This document shows positions 1 through 9,158 of a DNA stretch of 64,000 nucleotides, piece after piece (the first letter of the stretch is position 1; each line of letters starts with the position of its first letter). Source of the DNA: an uncultured Acidobacteriota bacterium (GTDB lineage: Bacteria; Acidobacteriota; Thermoanaerobaculia; Multivoradales; JAHEKO01); contig CAVQNG010000003.1 of NCBI GenBank assembly GCA_963713825.1, positions 1,600,001-1,664,000 of the forward strand. The letters run 5' to 3'. The position numbers and the translations under genes are program-made. The notes beneath the pieces were generated by a model. That model did not search any database and was not told where the DNA came from. It saw only the letters and a list, made by a program, of their open reading frames with translations.

Positions 1-867
1 TCCGCGATCGAGCACCCATCCGTCTGGAAGGCGGCGCTGGCTCTGCAAGATGCGGGGATGGAAGTCAGCTGGGTCGAGCCCGATGGCCAAGGCCGGATGG
101 TCGCGGCAGAGGTTCTAGCCGAAGTTCGAGAAGATACGAAGCTCGTGTGTCTGATGCTGGCCAACAATGAGGTCGGCACCCTCCAGCCGGTCGAGGCGGT
201 TGGCAGGGACTGCCGGGAGCGGGGAGTCCCGGTCCTCTGCGATGCGGTGCAGGCGATAGGGAAGGTACCTGTCAGCACTGCGAATCTGAATGTGGACTAT
301 CTGACGGTCGGCGCACACAAGTTCTACGGCCCGTTGGGCGCCGCGGCTCTATGGGTTCGAAAAGGTGTGAAGTACGAGCCATTTCTCAAGGGAGGCTCCC
401 AGGAGCGTCAGCGCAGGGCCGGGACCGTCAACGTGCCCGCGGTCGTCGGGTTGGGCGAGGCAGCACGACTTGCCGCCGACGAACTGGGGCAGCGTGGCCC
501 TCGGATGAAGGAGCTTCGGGAGCGATTCGAGACCGGTCTGCAGGCCATCGACAATGTGGTGGTGCATGGCCGGGATGCCGAGAGACTGCCCAATACTTCT
601 CACGTCGCTCTGGTGGGGGCCGACAGCGAGTCTCTCTTGATCCGACTCGATCTCGCCGGATTTGCGGTCTCTTCTGGGTCCGCTTGTTCCTCGGGCACCG
701 TTGAGCCCAGTCGTACGCTAAGGGCAATGAGGGTTCCAGAGGAGGAAGCTGCCTGTTCCTTGCGAATCAGCTTCGGGCACGGCAACACCGAACAGGAAGT
801 CGATGCTTTTCTTGATGCTCTATCTCATGAGGTGACGGAGCTTCGCAGGCTCTCGTCGAGGCAATGA
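1..867 (+). CDS. iscS: Cysteine desulfurase (IscS/NifS group I), 5'-truncated by the window edge
   Basis: Frame is open from base 1 (SAIEHPSV). Motifs DAVQ, GAHKFYGP (PLP lysine) and SSGSACSS; overlaps the mnmA start. Confidence 0.93.
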   Translation, partial: SAIEHPSVWKAALALQDAGMEVSWVEPDGQGRMVAAEVLAEVREDTKLVCLMLANNEVGTLQPVEAVGRDCRERGVPVLCDAVQAIGKVPVSTANLNVDYLTVGAHKFYGPLGAAALWVRKGVKYEPFLKGGSQERQRRAGTVNVPAVVGLGEAARLAADELGQRGPRMKELRERFETGLQAIDNVVVHGRDAERLPNTSHVALVGADSESLLIRLDLAGFAVSSGSACSSGTVEPSRTLRAMRVPEEEAACSLRISFGHGNTEQEVDAFLDALSHEVTELRRLSSRQ

Positions 868-1970
868 TGATGAAACCGACGATCGCAGTGGCCATGAGCG
901 GAGGGCTCGACTCTTCCATGACGGCTTGGCTCCTGTCACGAGCCGGTTACCCCGTCATCGGCCTTTCGATGCTGCTATGGGATCGATCCGAGGACAACAC
1001 CTATGGCAGGTGCTGCGGTGCCCTGGACATGGGGGACGCGAAGCGGGTGGCCCAACAGTGCGAGATCCCGCACTACACCCTGCAGATGGAAAAGGAATTT
1101 CGTCGTACGGTGGTCGATCCCTTTGTCCAGGATTACCTCGACGGCAGAACCCCGATTCCCTGCACGCGCTGCAACACCTGGATCAAGTTCGACTTGTTTC
1201 TCGACAAGGCTCGCCAACTGGGAGCCGAGCGCATTGCCACGGGCCACTACGCTCGGATTCTCGAAGGAGCTGAAGGCTACGAGTTGCACGCGGCGGCCGA
1301 GCCGAGCAAGGACCAGAGCTACTATCTCTTCGAACTGACGCAGGACCAACTCGCGTCGACACTCTTTCCCCTCGGCGACAAGACCAAGCCGGAAGTCAGG
1401 CAGATGGCGCGGGAAGTCGGCCTGATGGTGGCGGAGAAGCCCGAGAGCATGGAGATCTGCTTCGTGGAAGGCGGTGTTCGGGAGTTCGTCGAGTCCCAGG
1501 TCGAAGCTCAGCCGATGCGCTTTCGAACCGAGTCGCTCCACCAGCCGAGCCGGGTCGTGGACCAGGACGGCGAAGTGCTGGGAGCCGGAGAGCCTTACTA
1601 TCGGTACACCGTAGGTCAGAGACGCGGCTTGGGGATAGCGGCCCCAGAGCCGCTATACGTGCTCGGGCTGGAGCCCGAGCACAATCAGGTAGTCGTGGGT
1701 CCAGAAGCCGCTCTGCGGGTGCGGGGTCTGATTGGCCGCGAAACGCATTGGATCGGAACGGAGCGCTGCGAGCCGGTCGAGGCTCTGGTGAAGATCCGCT
1801 CTCGTCACCCCGGGGTGATCTCGGTCGTCAAACCGCTCGGCGATGGCAGGGTAGAGGTCGTTTTCGAGAAGGCACAGAGCGGCGTCTCGCCCGGTCAGGC
1901 GGCGGTCTTCTACGAAGGCAGTCGAGTGCTCGGCGGCTGCTGGATCGACGCTCCGATGAGAGAGGACTAG
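864..1970 (+). CDS. mnmA: tRNA-specific 2-thiouridylase
   Basis: AMSGGLDSS PP-loop, PCTRCN, ATGHY, KDQSY, ESMEICF, YTVGQRRGLG; coupled to iscS. Confidence 0.96.
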   Translation: MMMKPTIAVAMSGGLDSSMTAWLLSRAGYPVIGLSMLLWDRSEDNTYGRCCGALDMGDAKRVAQQCEIPHYTLQMEKEFRRTVVDPFVQDYLDGRTPIPCTRCNTWIKFDLFLDKARQLGAERIATGHYARILEGAEGYELHAAAEPSKDQSYYLFELTQDQLASTLFPLGDKTKPEVRQMAREVGLMVAEKPESMEICFVEGGVREFVESQVEAQPMRFRTESLHQPSRVVDQDGEVLGAGEPYYRYTVGQRRGLGIAAPEPLYVLGLEPEHNQVVVGPEAALRVRGLIGRETHWIGTERCEPVEALVKIRSRHPGVISVVKPLGDGRVEVVFEKAQSGVSPGQAAVFYEGSRVLGGCWIDAPMRED

Positions 1971-2020
1971 ACACTGGTCGTCCTTGGGAGAGTGCAAACC
2001 GATGGATGGAGTCTTCTGAG

Positions 2021-2899
2021 ATGAGGGTTCACATCGTCTGTCAGAGGTGGAAGCAGGACCGCGTACTGTCGCGGTTCGCGCGGTACCTCGTCGATCGCTG
2101 GGGTTGGACGGTGAGCCGGCGTCCCGACCGCAAGGCTGATCTGAACTACTGGATTGCGTTTCTGGAATGGGAACGGTTCAAGGGCTTCGATCGCACCCCG
2201 ACCGTGGCCTTCATGACCCATCCAGAAGACGAGATCGACAACCCCGAAAAGTACCGGCTGTACTTCGACGCCGCCCGGGAAGCCGACCTGAGGATTTGTA
2301 TGAACGAAGTCAGTCGGCTGGAGCTCGAGGCTCTCTACGGCCTGTCCATGCAGGCTCCTCTTCCCCTGGACTGCGAGCATTTTCCTCTCAAATCGGCGTC
2401 GCCAGGAGGATCGCCCCGCGTCGGCTTTTCGGGCAAGGCCTATCGAAGCGGTCGCAAGGGCGAAGACCTGGCCGAGCATCTTGTCGAGGACTTCCAGGAC
2501 CGCTGCGAGTTTGCGGCCTCGGGAAAGAAGTGGCCCTGTCCGACCCGGTGGTACAGCTGGGAAGAAATGCCACAGTTCTTCCAAAGTCTGGACATCTACG
2601 TCTCTACCTCGCTGGTCGAGGGCGGGCCCATGCCAACCCTGGAGGCTCTTGCTACCGGTCTACCGGTCGTCATTGCAGCAGGCGTTGGACTGCATGACGA
2701 GCTGCCAGCCGTGAAGGGCATCTATCGGTACGAGAAGGGCAACTACGAAGATCTACGAAGAGCCCTCGATCAGGCTCTAAGCGAGTACCGCGATATTGAC
2801 CGCGAGCTTCTCCGCCAGGCGACGAGCCCCCACGCTGTCGAGAATTGGTGCGTCGCGAACCGGAGTGCCTTCGAAGATCTACTGGCTCATCGGCCTTGA
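2021..2899 (+). CDS. Glycosyltransferase, GT-B/GT4-like
   Basis: C-terminal DIYVSTSLVEGGPMPTLEALATGLPVV (E-x7-E). The ORF-track start at 1748 lies inside mnmA, so ATG 2021 (or 2006) is preferred. Confidence 0.8.
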   Translation: MRVHIVCQRWKQDRVLSRFARYLVDRWGWTVSRRPDRKADLNYWIAFLEWERFKGFDRTPTVAFMTHPEDEIDNPEKYRLYFDAAREADLRICMNEVSRLELEALYGLSMQAPLPLDCEHFPLKSASPGGSPRVGFSGKAYRSGRKGEDLAEHLVEDFQDRCEFAASGKKWPCPTRWYSWEEMPQFFQSLDIYVSTSLVEGGPMPTLEALATGLPVVIAAGVGLHDELPAVKGIYRYEKGNYEDLRRALDQALSEYRDIDRELLRQATSPHAVENWCVANRSAFEDLLAHRP

Positions 2900-2970
2900 G
2901 GACTTGAAGCGATTCCGCCCACTCACCCGTCCTGGGGCTTGGGTCCTGAACAGACAACGATCTTCGTGTG

Positions 2971-3402
2971 GAGGCCCGTCCGGGTGGTCCGCAGGCGGAC
3001 GGTGGCAGTTTCACAGACTTTGACGGGGGACCGCCACCTCGTCTCGTCATCGCGCCCCGTCTCCTGTGCCCTATGAAGGATCTTGCGCTGCGCTCGACTC
3101 GGCGCCCCCTGTCGAACCACCCGAACGAACCTCTGGCACCAATGGGGCGTAGGGGGTGAGTCATCTGCCGGGGTCTCGATGTGTCTCGATGGCGGTAGAT
3201 CGGGTCATGGGTCTCCCTCGTCTGAGGGGCATGGTCGGGTGAGGCCGTAGACGGGGGAGATCCCTGGTTCGATCGGCCGTCTCAACCCCCAGGCCCTCAA
3301 GGACCGGCTGGAGCTGGCGACAGCCGCCTCAACCCCAAGCCCTCAGAGACCAACCGAAGGAACTTCGGCTGCCTCAACCCTCAGGGCGGGTGGGAGGTCC
3401 AA
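2971..3402 (-). repeat. Composite intergenic repeat, copy 1 (hairpin module, short VNTR, terminal-stem module)
   Basis: Reverse complement is colinear with 15204-15710; for example 3256-3283 equals revcomp 15334-15361 (28 nt identical). Lies between convergent genes and supplies the rsmI stop codon. Confidence 0.92.
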
Positions 3403-4063
3403 TGACTGCGGTGAACTCACCCTTGATGGATGGGCGCGTGGCCAGGTCTGCGTGGATCTCGGAGATCCGGCCACGGAGTGTCTCTTCGTGCAGCTTGGTG
3501 AGCTCACGGCCAACCGCTGCTGGCCGGTCCCCCCAGGTCTCCTGAGCATCTTCGAGGCTCGCGACGATGCGGTGGGGCGACTCGAAGAAGACCAGGGTGT
3601 GCTCGAGATCGGAGAATCGAGCGAAGAACCGTCGTCGCTTGCCTTGGCGGGGTGGGGGAAAGCCGAGGAAGCTGAAGGGATAAGGGGGTAGCGCTGAGAC
3701 GACGAGGGCCGCAAGAATCGCCGAGGCTCCCGGCACGTGCTCCACAGGGATAGCCTTCGCCGCCGCCTCTCGAACCAGCACAAAGCCGGGGTCGGAGAGT
3801 AGTGGCGTTCCGGCGTCGCTGACCAGTGCTACCTGGAGTCCGGAGTCCAACTGTTCGAGAAGGTGTGGGACTCTCTGTCGCTCGTTGTGCTCGTGAAGGG
3901 AGATCAGCCTGGCCTCGATCCCGAGGCGAGCGAGCATGCGGCCGGTATGACGGGTGTCCTCGCAAGCGACGAGGTCGGCCTCGACGAGGGTGCTCCGAGC
4001 TCGCGGTGACAGGTCTTCCAGATTGCCGATGGGAGTGGCGACGATGGTCAGCTTTCCCGGCAT
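3374..4063 (-). CDS. rsmI: 16S rRNA (cytidine1402-2'-O)-methyltransferase
   Basis: VATPIGNLEDLS, CEDTRHT, LVSDAGTPLLSDPG, FESPHR, RELTKLHEE. Confidence 0.96.
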   Translation of the reverse strand: MPGKLTIVATPIGNLEDLSPRARSTLVEADLVACEDTRHTGRMLARLGIEARLISLHEHNERQRVPHLLEQLDSGLQVALVSDAGTPLLSDPGFVLVREAAAKAIPVEHVPGASAILAALVVSALPPYPFSFLGFPPPRQGKRRRFFARFSDLEHTLVFFESPHRIVASLEDAQETWGDRPAAVGRELTKLHEETLRGRISEIHADLATRPSIKGEFTAVIGPPTRPEG

Positions 4064-4069
4064 GCCGGG

Positions 4070-4912
4070 TCAGTCCCGGGGAATTTCCCGGTCCAGGTTG
4101 ATGGCGCTGTTGGAAAGTCGCGCGATGAGCATGAGACGTCGCTTGAAGCGGTTCTGCTCTTCGAGGGCGGTGATTCGGCTGACTACGCTGGCCGGGTAGC
4201 CCTGATCGACGACCTCACTGGGAGACAGACCCAGGTCGAACATCAGGCAGAGGACCTCGTCAGCGCTGGCGTAGTCGAATCCGAGCTCTCCCTCGTCGGT
4301 TTGGCCGGGCCACAGGTCCGCCGAAGGCTTCTTGTCGACGACCGCCTCGGGTACGCCCAGGTGTCGGGCCAGTTGCCAGACCTGCTGTTTGTAGAGATCT
4401 CCCAGCGGGTTGATGGAGCTGGCGTTGTCGCCGAAGATGGTCGAATAGCCGAGCAGAATCTCCGTCTTGTTGGAGGTCCCGAGTACCAGACAGCCGAGCT
4501 TCTTGGCCTGGTCGAAGAGGATCGACATCCGCTCACGAGCCATTTTGTTGCCGAGCCGCACCTTGTCGATCTCGCCTTCAGCGAGATTCTCGAAGTAGAG
4601 GTCGACCATGGGAGAGATATCGAACGTAGTCGTTTCGAGTTCGAAGGCTGTCGCTACCGCTTCTGCATCGGAGAGTGAGTCGGGATTGGAAGTGCGGTAG
4701 GGCAGCTGAAAGGCGTGAACCCGAGAGGCTCCCAGGGCTCTCGTTGCCAGCGCCGCCGCTAGCGCCGAGTCGACGCCGCCGCTCAGGCCGACGACGACGC
4801 CCTCGGTTCGTGAGGTCTCCACCGCATCCCGAATAAAACCGGCCAGCACCGTTACGGCCAGCTCGGCATTGAGCCACAAGCGGTCGCGGATCCAGAATTT
4901 CGTGTCGTTCAT
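4070..4912 (-). CDS. nadE: NAD+ synthetase, synthetase subunit
   Basis: GLSGGVDS, GNKMARERM, GTSNKTE, PSADLWPGQTDE. Confidence 0.95.
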   Translation of the reverse strand: MNDTKFWIRDRLWLNAELAVTVLAGFIRDAVETSRTEGVVVGLSGGVDSALAAALATRALGASRVHAFQLPYRTSNPDSLSDAEAVATAFELETTTFDISPMVDLYFENLAEGEIDKVRLGNKMARERMSILFDQAKKLGCLVLGTSNKTEILLGYSTIFGDNASSINPLGDLYKQQVWQLARHLGVPEAVVDKKPSADLWPGQTDEGELGFDYASADEVLCLMFDLGLSPSEVVDQGYPASVVSRITALEEQNRFKRRLMLIARLSNSAINLDREIPRD

Positions 4913-5736
4913 TCAGGACCCTCGATGTCGCTGCGTTCGGCGCGCAGAAGGGGCAGCCGCCAGCGCAGGCGGTCTACTTCCCGGAGATCGAGAGTCGCTA
5001 CCAGAAAGTCCTCTTGGAGGCTGGCGGCTCGGCAGAGAATCTGGCCGCCGGGCCTCACGATATGGCTGCCGCCGGCGTAGAAGGAGCCTTCCTCCCATCC
5101 CACTCGGTTGCAGTAGAGAAGCCAACTCGTGTTGACGACGGCAGTCGAGCGAGTGATGCACTCCCACGTATCTTGGCTTTCCAGGCTCTCACCGGAGCCG
5201 ACTGTTCCCGGTCCGGCCGATAGCACCCCGATGATCTTGCCGCCACCTGCCGCCAAACGCTGAGCCAGTCGTGGATGCCAGAGGTCTTCGCAAACCAGCA
5301 GGCCGAGCTTCTCCCCCGCGACGGCCGCCAGGTCGAGGCGCTTTCCAGGGCCGAAGAAACGGCCCTCCTGGAAGATGCCATAGGTCGGGAGGTAGAGCTT
5401 CCGATGGACGTGGAGGATCTGACCCGCCCTGAGAAGGACGGCGCTGTTGTAGAGGACTCCCTGGCCGTCCTCTTCCACCAGGCCGACGACGACCGCCATT
5501 TCGCCGCTCGCCTCCGCCAGTCGCTGGACGTGCTCGGAAGCCTCGATACGACACGCCACCCGACTGGTGAGGTGCAAGAGTCGGTAGCCCGTCATGGAAA
5601 GCTCGGGGAAGAGCAGTAGCTCGACGCCTTCCTGCCGCGCCTTCTCGATCCACTCCAGGTGTTTCTGGACGTTTTCTTCGACGGCGCCCAGAGTGCAATC
5701 GATCTGCGCCAACCCGACGGTCAGTTTGTTCGCCAT
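4909..5736 (-). CDS. Carbon-nitrogen hydrolase; probable stand-alone glutaminase subunit of NAD synthetase
   Basis: Glu-Lys-Cys triad (FPEL, HRKLYLPTYGIF, VCEDLWH); 4-bp overlap with nadE. Confidence 0.85.
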   Translation of the reverse strand: MANKLTVGLAQIDCTLGAVEENVQKHLEWIEKARQEGVELLLFPELSMTGYRLLHLTSRVACRIEASEHVQRLAEASGEMAVVVGLVEEDGQGVLYNSAVLLRAGQILHVHRKLYLPTYGIFQEGRFFGPGKRLDLAAVAGEKLGLLVCEDLWHPRLAQRLAAGGGKIIGVLSAGPGTVGSGESLESQDTWECITRSTAVVNTSWLLYCNRVGWEEGSFYAGGSHIVRPGGQILCRAASLQEDFLVATLDLREVDRLRWRLPLLRAERSDIEGPE

Positions 5737-5806
5737 GGAAACTCGAGATCCATTGGGTCCAACAGGTGAGTATCGACCCAGAAGGCTATGCTAGCATGCC
5801 GCCGCC

Positions 5807-6511
5807 ATGGGTCCTCTGAGGAAAACCACACTGTTTCTCGTCATTCTCTCGACTTTGGGGGCGCCCCGGCTGGCCTCTGCGAACGAGGAGCAACCGGTCG
5901 ATCGCCTGTTGGCGGTTGTCGACGACGACCCGATTCTGGAGTCACAGCTGGATCAGATGATCGGGATCGGGATGGTTGAACAGCACGATGGGGAGGACGA
6001 GGCTCGCTTTCGCCGCCGAATTCTCGATGGGCTGATCGAAGAGAAGCTCCGTTTTCACGAGGTCGACCGTTTCGGTTTCGCCGAGGTGCCGGTCGACGAG
6101 GTCGAAGAGCAGTTCGAGGCGGTTCGAGATCGATTCCCCGACGAGCAGAGTTTTCAGGCTCGCCTCCAGGAGCTCAACCTCAACGAACTGGGACTTCGAC
6201 AATTGCTGGCCAGGCAGGTCATGGTGTTGATTTACGTCGAAGAGCGACTGGGAGCACGGGTCTTCGTGGGACTGGAAGAGATCCAGGCCTACTATGACGC
6301 GGTGCTCGTACCGCAGCTCGAGGCCAGCAAGGAGCCCATCCCCCAGGTCCGCGAAGTTCGCGAGGCGATTCGGCAGGTCCTGAGAGAGGAACTGCTCAAC
6401 GAGGAGATCGAGCGTTGGACGGAGGAGCTGAGACGGGATGCTGACGTCGTCGACTACTTCGACCGGGAGCAGAGAATTCTACCGCCCGTCGTCCACCAGG
6501 TCGGCGGCTGA
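5807..6511 (+). CDS. SurA N-terminal-domain periplasmic chaperone-like protein
   Basis: Signal peptide, then VDRLLAVVDDDPILESQL...LDGLIEEKL; no PPIase domain evident. Confidence 0.75.
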   Translation: MGPLRKTTLFLVILSTLGAPRLASANEEQPVDRLLAVVDDDPILESQLDQMIGIGMVEQHDGEDEARFRRRILDGLIEEKLRFHEVDRFGFAEVPVDEVEEQFEAVRDRFPDEQSFQARLQELNLNELGLRQLLARQVMVLIYVEERLGARVFVGLEEIQAYYDAVLVPQLEASKEPIPQVREVREAIRQVLREELLNEEIERWTEELRRDADVVDYFDREQRILPPVVHQVGG

Positions 6512-8773
6512 CAGGCTCGGCGCGGTCGGCGATCCGTAAACACCGTCGTACTGCAGCCAACTCCCGACGACCTTCTCGAGGTACCCTCGGGTTTGGGAGA
6601 ACCCCACTTTCGTGAAGTACTCAGCCGGTTCCTGGCTGTAGCAGTAGCTCTGCCAGAGATCGGCCTGATCCTCCCCGGCGTTGTAGGCGGCAATCGCCGG
6701 AAACGACCGACCGGAGTACCGGTTCTCGAGATCGGCCAGATAAACGGCACCCAGAGCGATGGCGATCTCCGGCCTGTGAAGATCAGCGGCCTCCAGGTTT
6801 GGAAGACCGATCCGAGGGCCATATCTGCGTGCGGTGCCGAGGACGAACTGCGTCAAACCCCGGGCCGAGGCGGCGGAGATGGCCAGCGGGTCGAAGCGGC
6901 TCTCTTCGCGAATGATGGATGCCAGCAGGTGGGGTTCGATCCCGGCGCTCGAGGCTTTCGAGTCGATCAACTCCCGATAGGGAATCGGGTAGAGCAGTCG
7001 TCGATAGGAGAGAGACAGGAATTGCTGCGGCAGCTCTTCGGGCAAGCGATCGGAGAGGATCTCCGCAAAGCGAAGAGACTGTCTGTAGAGACCCGATTCC
7101 GCAAGCAAATGGCTGGCGGTCAGGGCAAGGGAGTTGTCCGCGACGGGGAAGTGCTCGCCTACGGCTGGGGACATGTGCTCGACGATTCCGAGGGCGAGAA
7201 GAATCTCTTCGGGCCGGTCGATCTCGGCGTCCCAAATGGCCCACTTTTCAGCCGGCACCATCTCCATCTCCAGAAAGGGTCGGACTCTGGAGCTGCTCTG
7301 CATGTGACGCAGTAAGTGTTGCCGCGATTCAGAGCCGAGGGAATCCTGGTCGCCAAGCAGGATCCAGGCTTGATGGAGCTCCCGGGTGCGGTCGATTCCG
7401 GCCAGTCGCAACCCTTGCGCTCGTCTGGCTGCTGCCAGTTCGGGCTGGTCGAGTCGGGATCGGGCCGCAGCAGAAAGTGGATGGTAGGGATTTTGTCCCA
7501 GTGCGGTGACGTAGTGGTCGACAGCCGATGTGGTCTGGCCCTCCACCTCGGCCAGGCGGCCTCGCCAGTAGGCAATCTCGGGAGTCACGGAACCGGTTGC
7601 CCTGGCGCTCTGGTCCAGCCAGGCCCCGGCCTGACCAGCCTCTCCCGACACCAGGTCCGAGGCGGCCAGAAAGAGAGCTGCCCTCGCGAAAGTCCGCCTC
7701 CAGCTTCCCCTGCTACTCAACTGTTGATAGCGCTCGAGAGCCGATTCGGAGTTGCCCTGCCGCCAATGGATCCGCAGCGAGGACATGAGCGCCGCCGCAG
7801 ACCATCGTCCCGTCGGGTCGACGTTGAGTGTTTGCTCGAAGATCAGAACGGCAGCCTGCCAGTCGCCATCGAGCTCGTAGGAACGGGCCTGTTGATACAG
7901 GGCTCGAGCCGCCTCTTGCTGTGACTGCTCGGCCCCGGCGAGGCGAGCGAAGTGTGAAGCGGCGGTCGGATAGTCGCGTAGCCAGAAGTGACTGCGCGCC
8001 AGGGCAAACAGGGCTTCATCACGGGTGATCCCGAGGACCGCAGTGTCTTCGCCCTGTAGGTAATTCAGTCCTCTTTCCAGCGGCTCGACCGCCGCCTCGA
8101 ACTCTCGGTGGTGGTAGAAAGCCATCCCCAGAAGGAGCGATGTGCGGTCGTCAGGTGGGTCGGACAGCGACCGCGAAAGAAGGTTGGCTGCCCCTCGGCC
8201 GGTGTCATCAGATCGATCTTCCTCCAGCAGACGGATCAAGTTGCTGCGGCCACGGCGCACCCTACCCTGCAGCAGGTCACAGCGGGCTCGGGAAAGCTCC
8301 AGCATTCGAAGCTCCGGCGGTGGCAATTGCCAGGAGTCCAGCTCTGTGAGCAGACGACAATCTCCTCCCAGGATCAGGGAGTGGGCCAGGTAGCGGGCAG
8401 CCGGTGGGATCAGAGGGGGTGGGGGTTGGTTGGCGAGCAGATTGGCCAGAAGTCCGGCGGCGACCTCGGGGTGGCCCATACGATACTGATTCAGGGCGAG
8501 GCGGTACCGGCCGTAGCCGGCGAGCTGGGGTGTCGAGAGCATAGCCGACACAAAGGCCTCGGGTGCTTCGCCCTCCTGATGCAACGCTTCTAGAAGATGG
8601 CCCCGAAGGTAGTCCAGGCCCCATTGGTTTGCGGCCTCGGGGTCAGCTACCTCTGCCTCGTCGGTGCGGCGCAGGGCAGCCTCTCGGAGGCCCTGGAGCT
8701 GCAGGTCGACGAGGACCGGTCGGGGATCCTGCGCCGAGACAGCGACAGCTGCGAGTAGTAGAGTCGTGATCAT
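6479..8773 (-). CDS. Lytic transglycosylase (Slt family) with TPR repeats
   Basis: IREESRF, ARGLTQF, AAYNAG and QTRGY motifs; TPR-like helices; signal peptide. Confidence 0.88.
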   Translation of the reverse strand: MITTLLLAAVAVSAQDPRPVLVDLQLQGLREAALRRTDEAEVADPEAANQWGLDYLRGHLLEALHQEGEAPEAFVSAMLSTPQLAGYGRYRLALNQYRMGHPEVAAGLLANLLANQPPPPLIPPAARYLAHSLILGGDCRLLTELDSWQLPPPELRMLELSRARCDLLQGRVRRGRSNLIRLLEEDRSDDTGRGAANLLSRSLSDPPDDRTSLLLGMAFYHHREFEAAVEPLERGLNYLQGEDTAVLGITRDEALFALARSHFWLRDYPTAASHFARLAGAEQSQQEAARALYQQARSYELDGDWQAAVLIFEQTLNVDPTGRWSAAALMSSLRIHWRQGNSESALERYQQLSSRGSWRRTFARAALFLAASDLVSGEAGQAGAWLDQSARATGSVTPEIAYWRGRLAEVEGQTTSAVDHYVTALGQNPYHPLSAAARSRLDQPELAAARRAQGLRLAGIDRTRELHQAWILLGDQDSLGSESRQHLLRHMQSSSRVRPFLEMEMVPAEKWAIWDAEIDRPEEILLALGIVEHMSPAVGEHFPVADNSLALTASHLLAESGLYRQSLRFAEILSDRLPEELPQQFLSLSYRRLLYPIPYRELIDSKASSAGIEPHLLASIIREESRFDPLAISAASARGLTQFVLGTARRYGPRIGLPNLEAADLHRPEIAIALGAVYLADLENRYSGRSFPAIAAYNAGEDQADLWQSYCYSQEPAEYFTKVGFSQTRGYLEKVVGSWLQYDGVYGSPTAPSLSAADLVDDGR

Positions 8774-9114
8774 CCAGGTGGCCAGGTGAATGCTCGTCCC
8801 CCGAGCAGGTGCACGTGAAGGTGAAAGACCGACTGCCCAGCACCCGCCAGGCAGTTGGTGACGACCCGAAATCCTCCCTCGGCGAGTCCTTGCTGGCGGG
8901 CGATCTCGATCGCGGCTTGCTGGAGCTTGCCGAGCAGAAGCGTCTGGTCCTCATCCATGTCGAGCAGGGTGGAGAAGTGCTGCTTGGGAATCACCAGGAC
9001 ATGGGTTGGGGCCTGGGGTTCGAGGTCGTGAAAGGCGATCACATCGTCGTCTTCATAGGCGATGCTCGCGGGTAGGTCGCCTGCAGCGATTTGGCAGAAG
9101 ATGCACTCGGTCAT
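8770..9114 (-). CDS. hinT: Histidine triad nucleotide-binding protein
   Basis: MTECIFCQI...PQAPTHVLVIPK...GQSVFHLHVHLLGGR..WPPG; start reassigned to ATG 9114. Confidence 0.93.
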   Translation of the reverse strand: MTECIFCQIAAGDLPASIAYEDDDVIAFHDLEPQAPTHVLVIPKQHFSTLLDMDEDQTLLLGKLQQAAIEIARQQGLAEGGFRVVTNCLAGAGQSVFHLHVHLLGGRAFTWPPG

Positions 9115-9158
9115 GGGGAGCTCCTTTTCGACCCGGTTCTTGGTGTTTAATCGGTCTC

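Noticed and set aside
6479-6511. 33-bp convergent overlap of the surA-like and slt genes
   Set aside because: Short tail-to-tail overlaps are common in GC-rich genomes.
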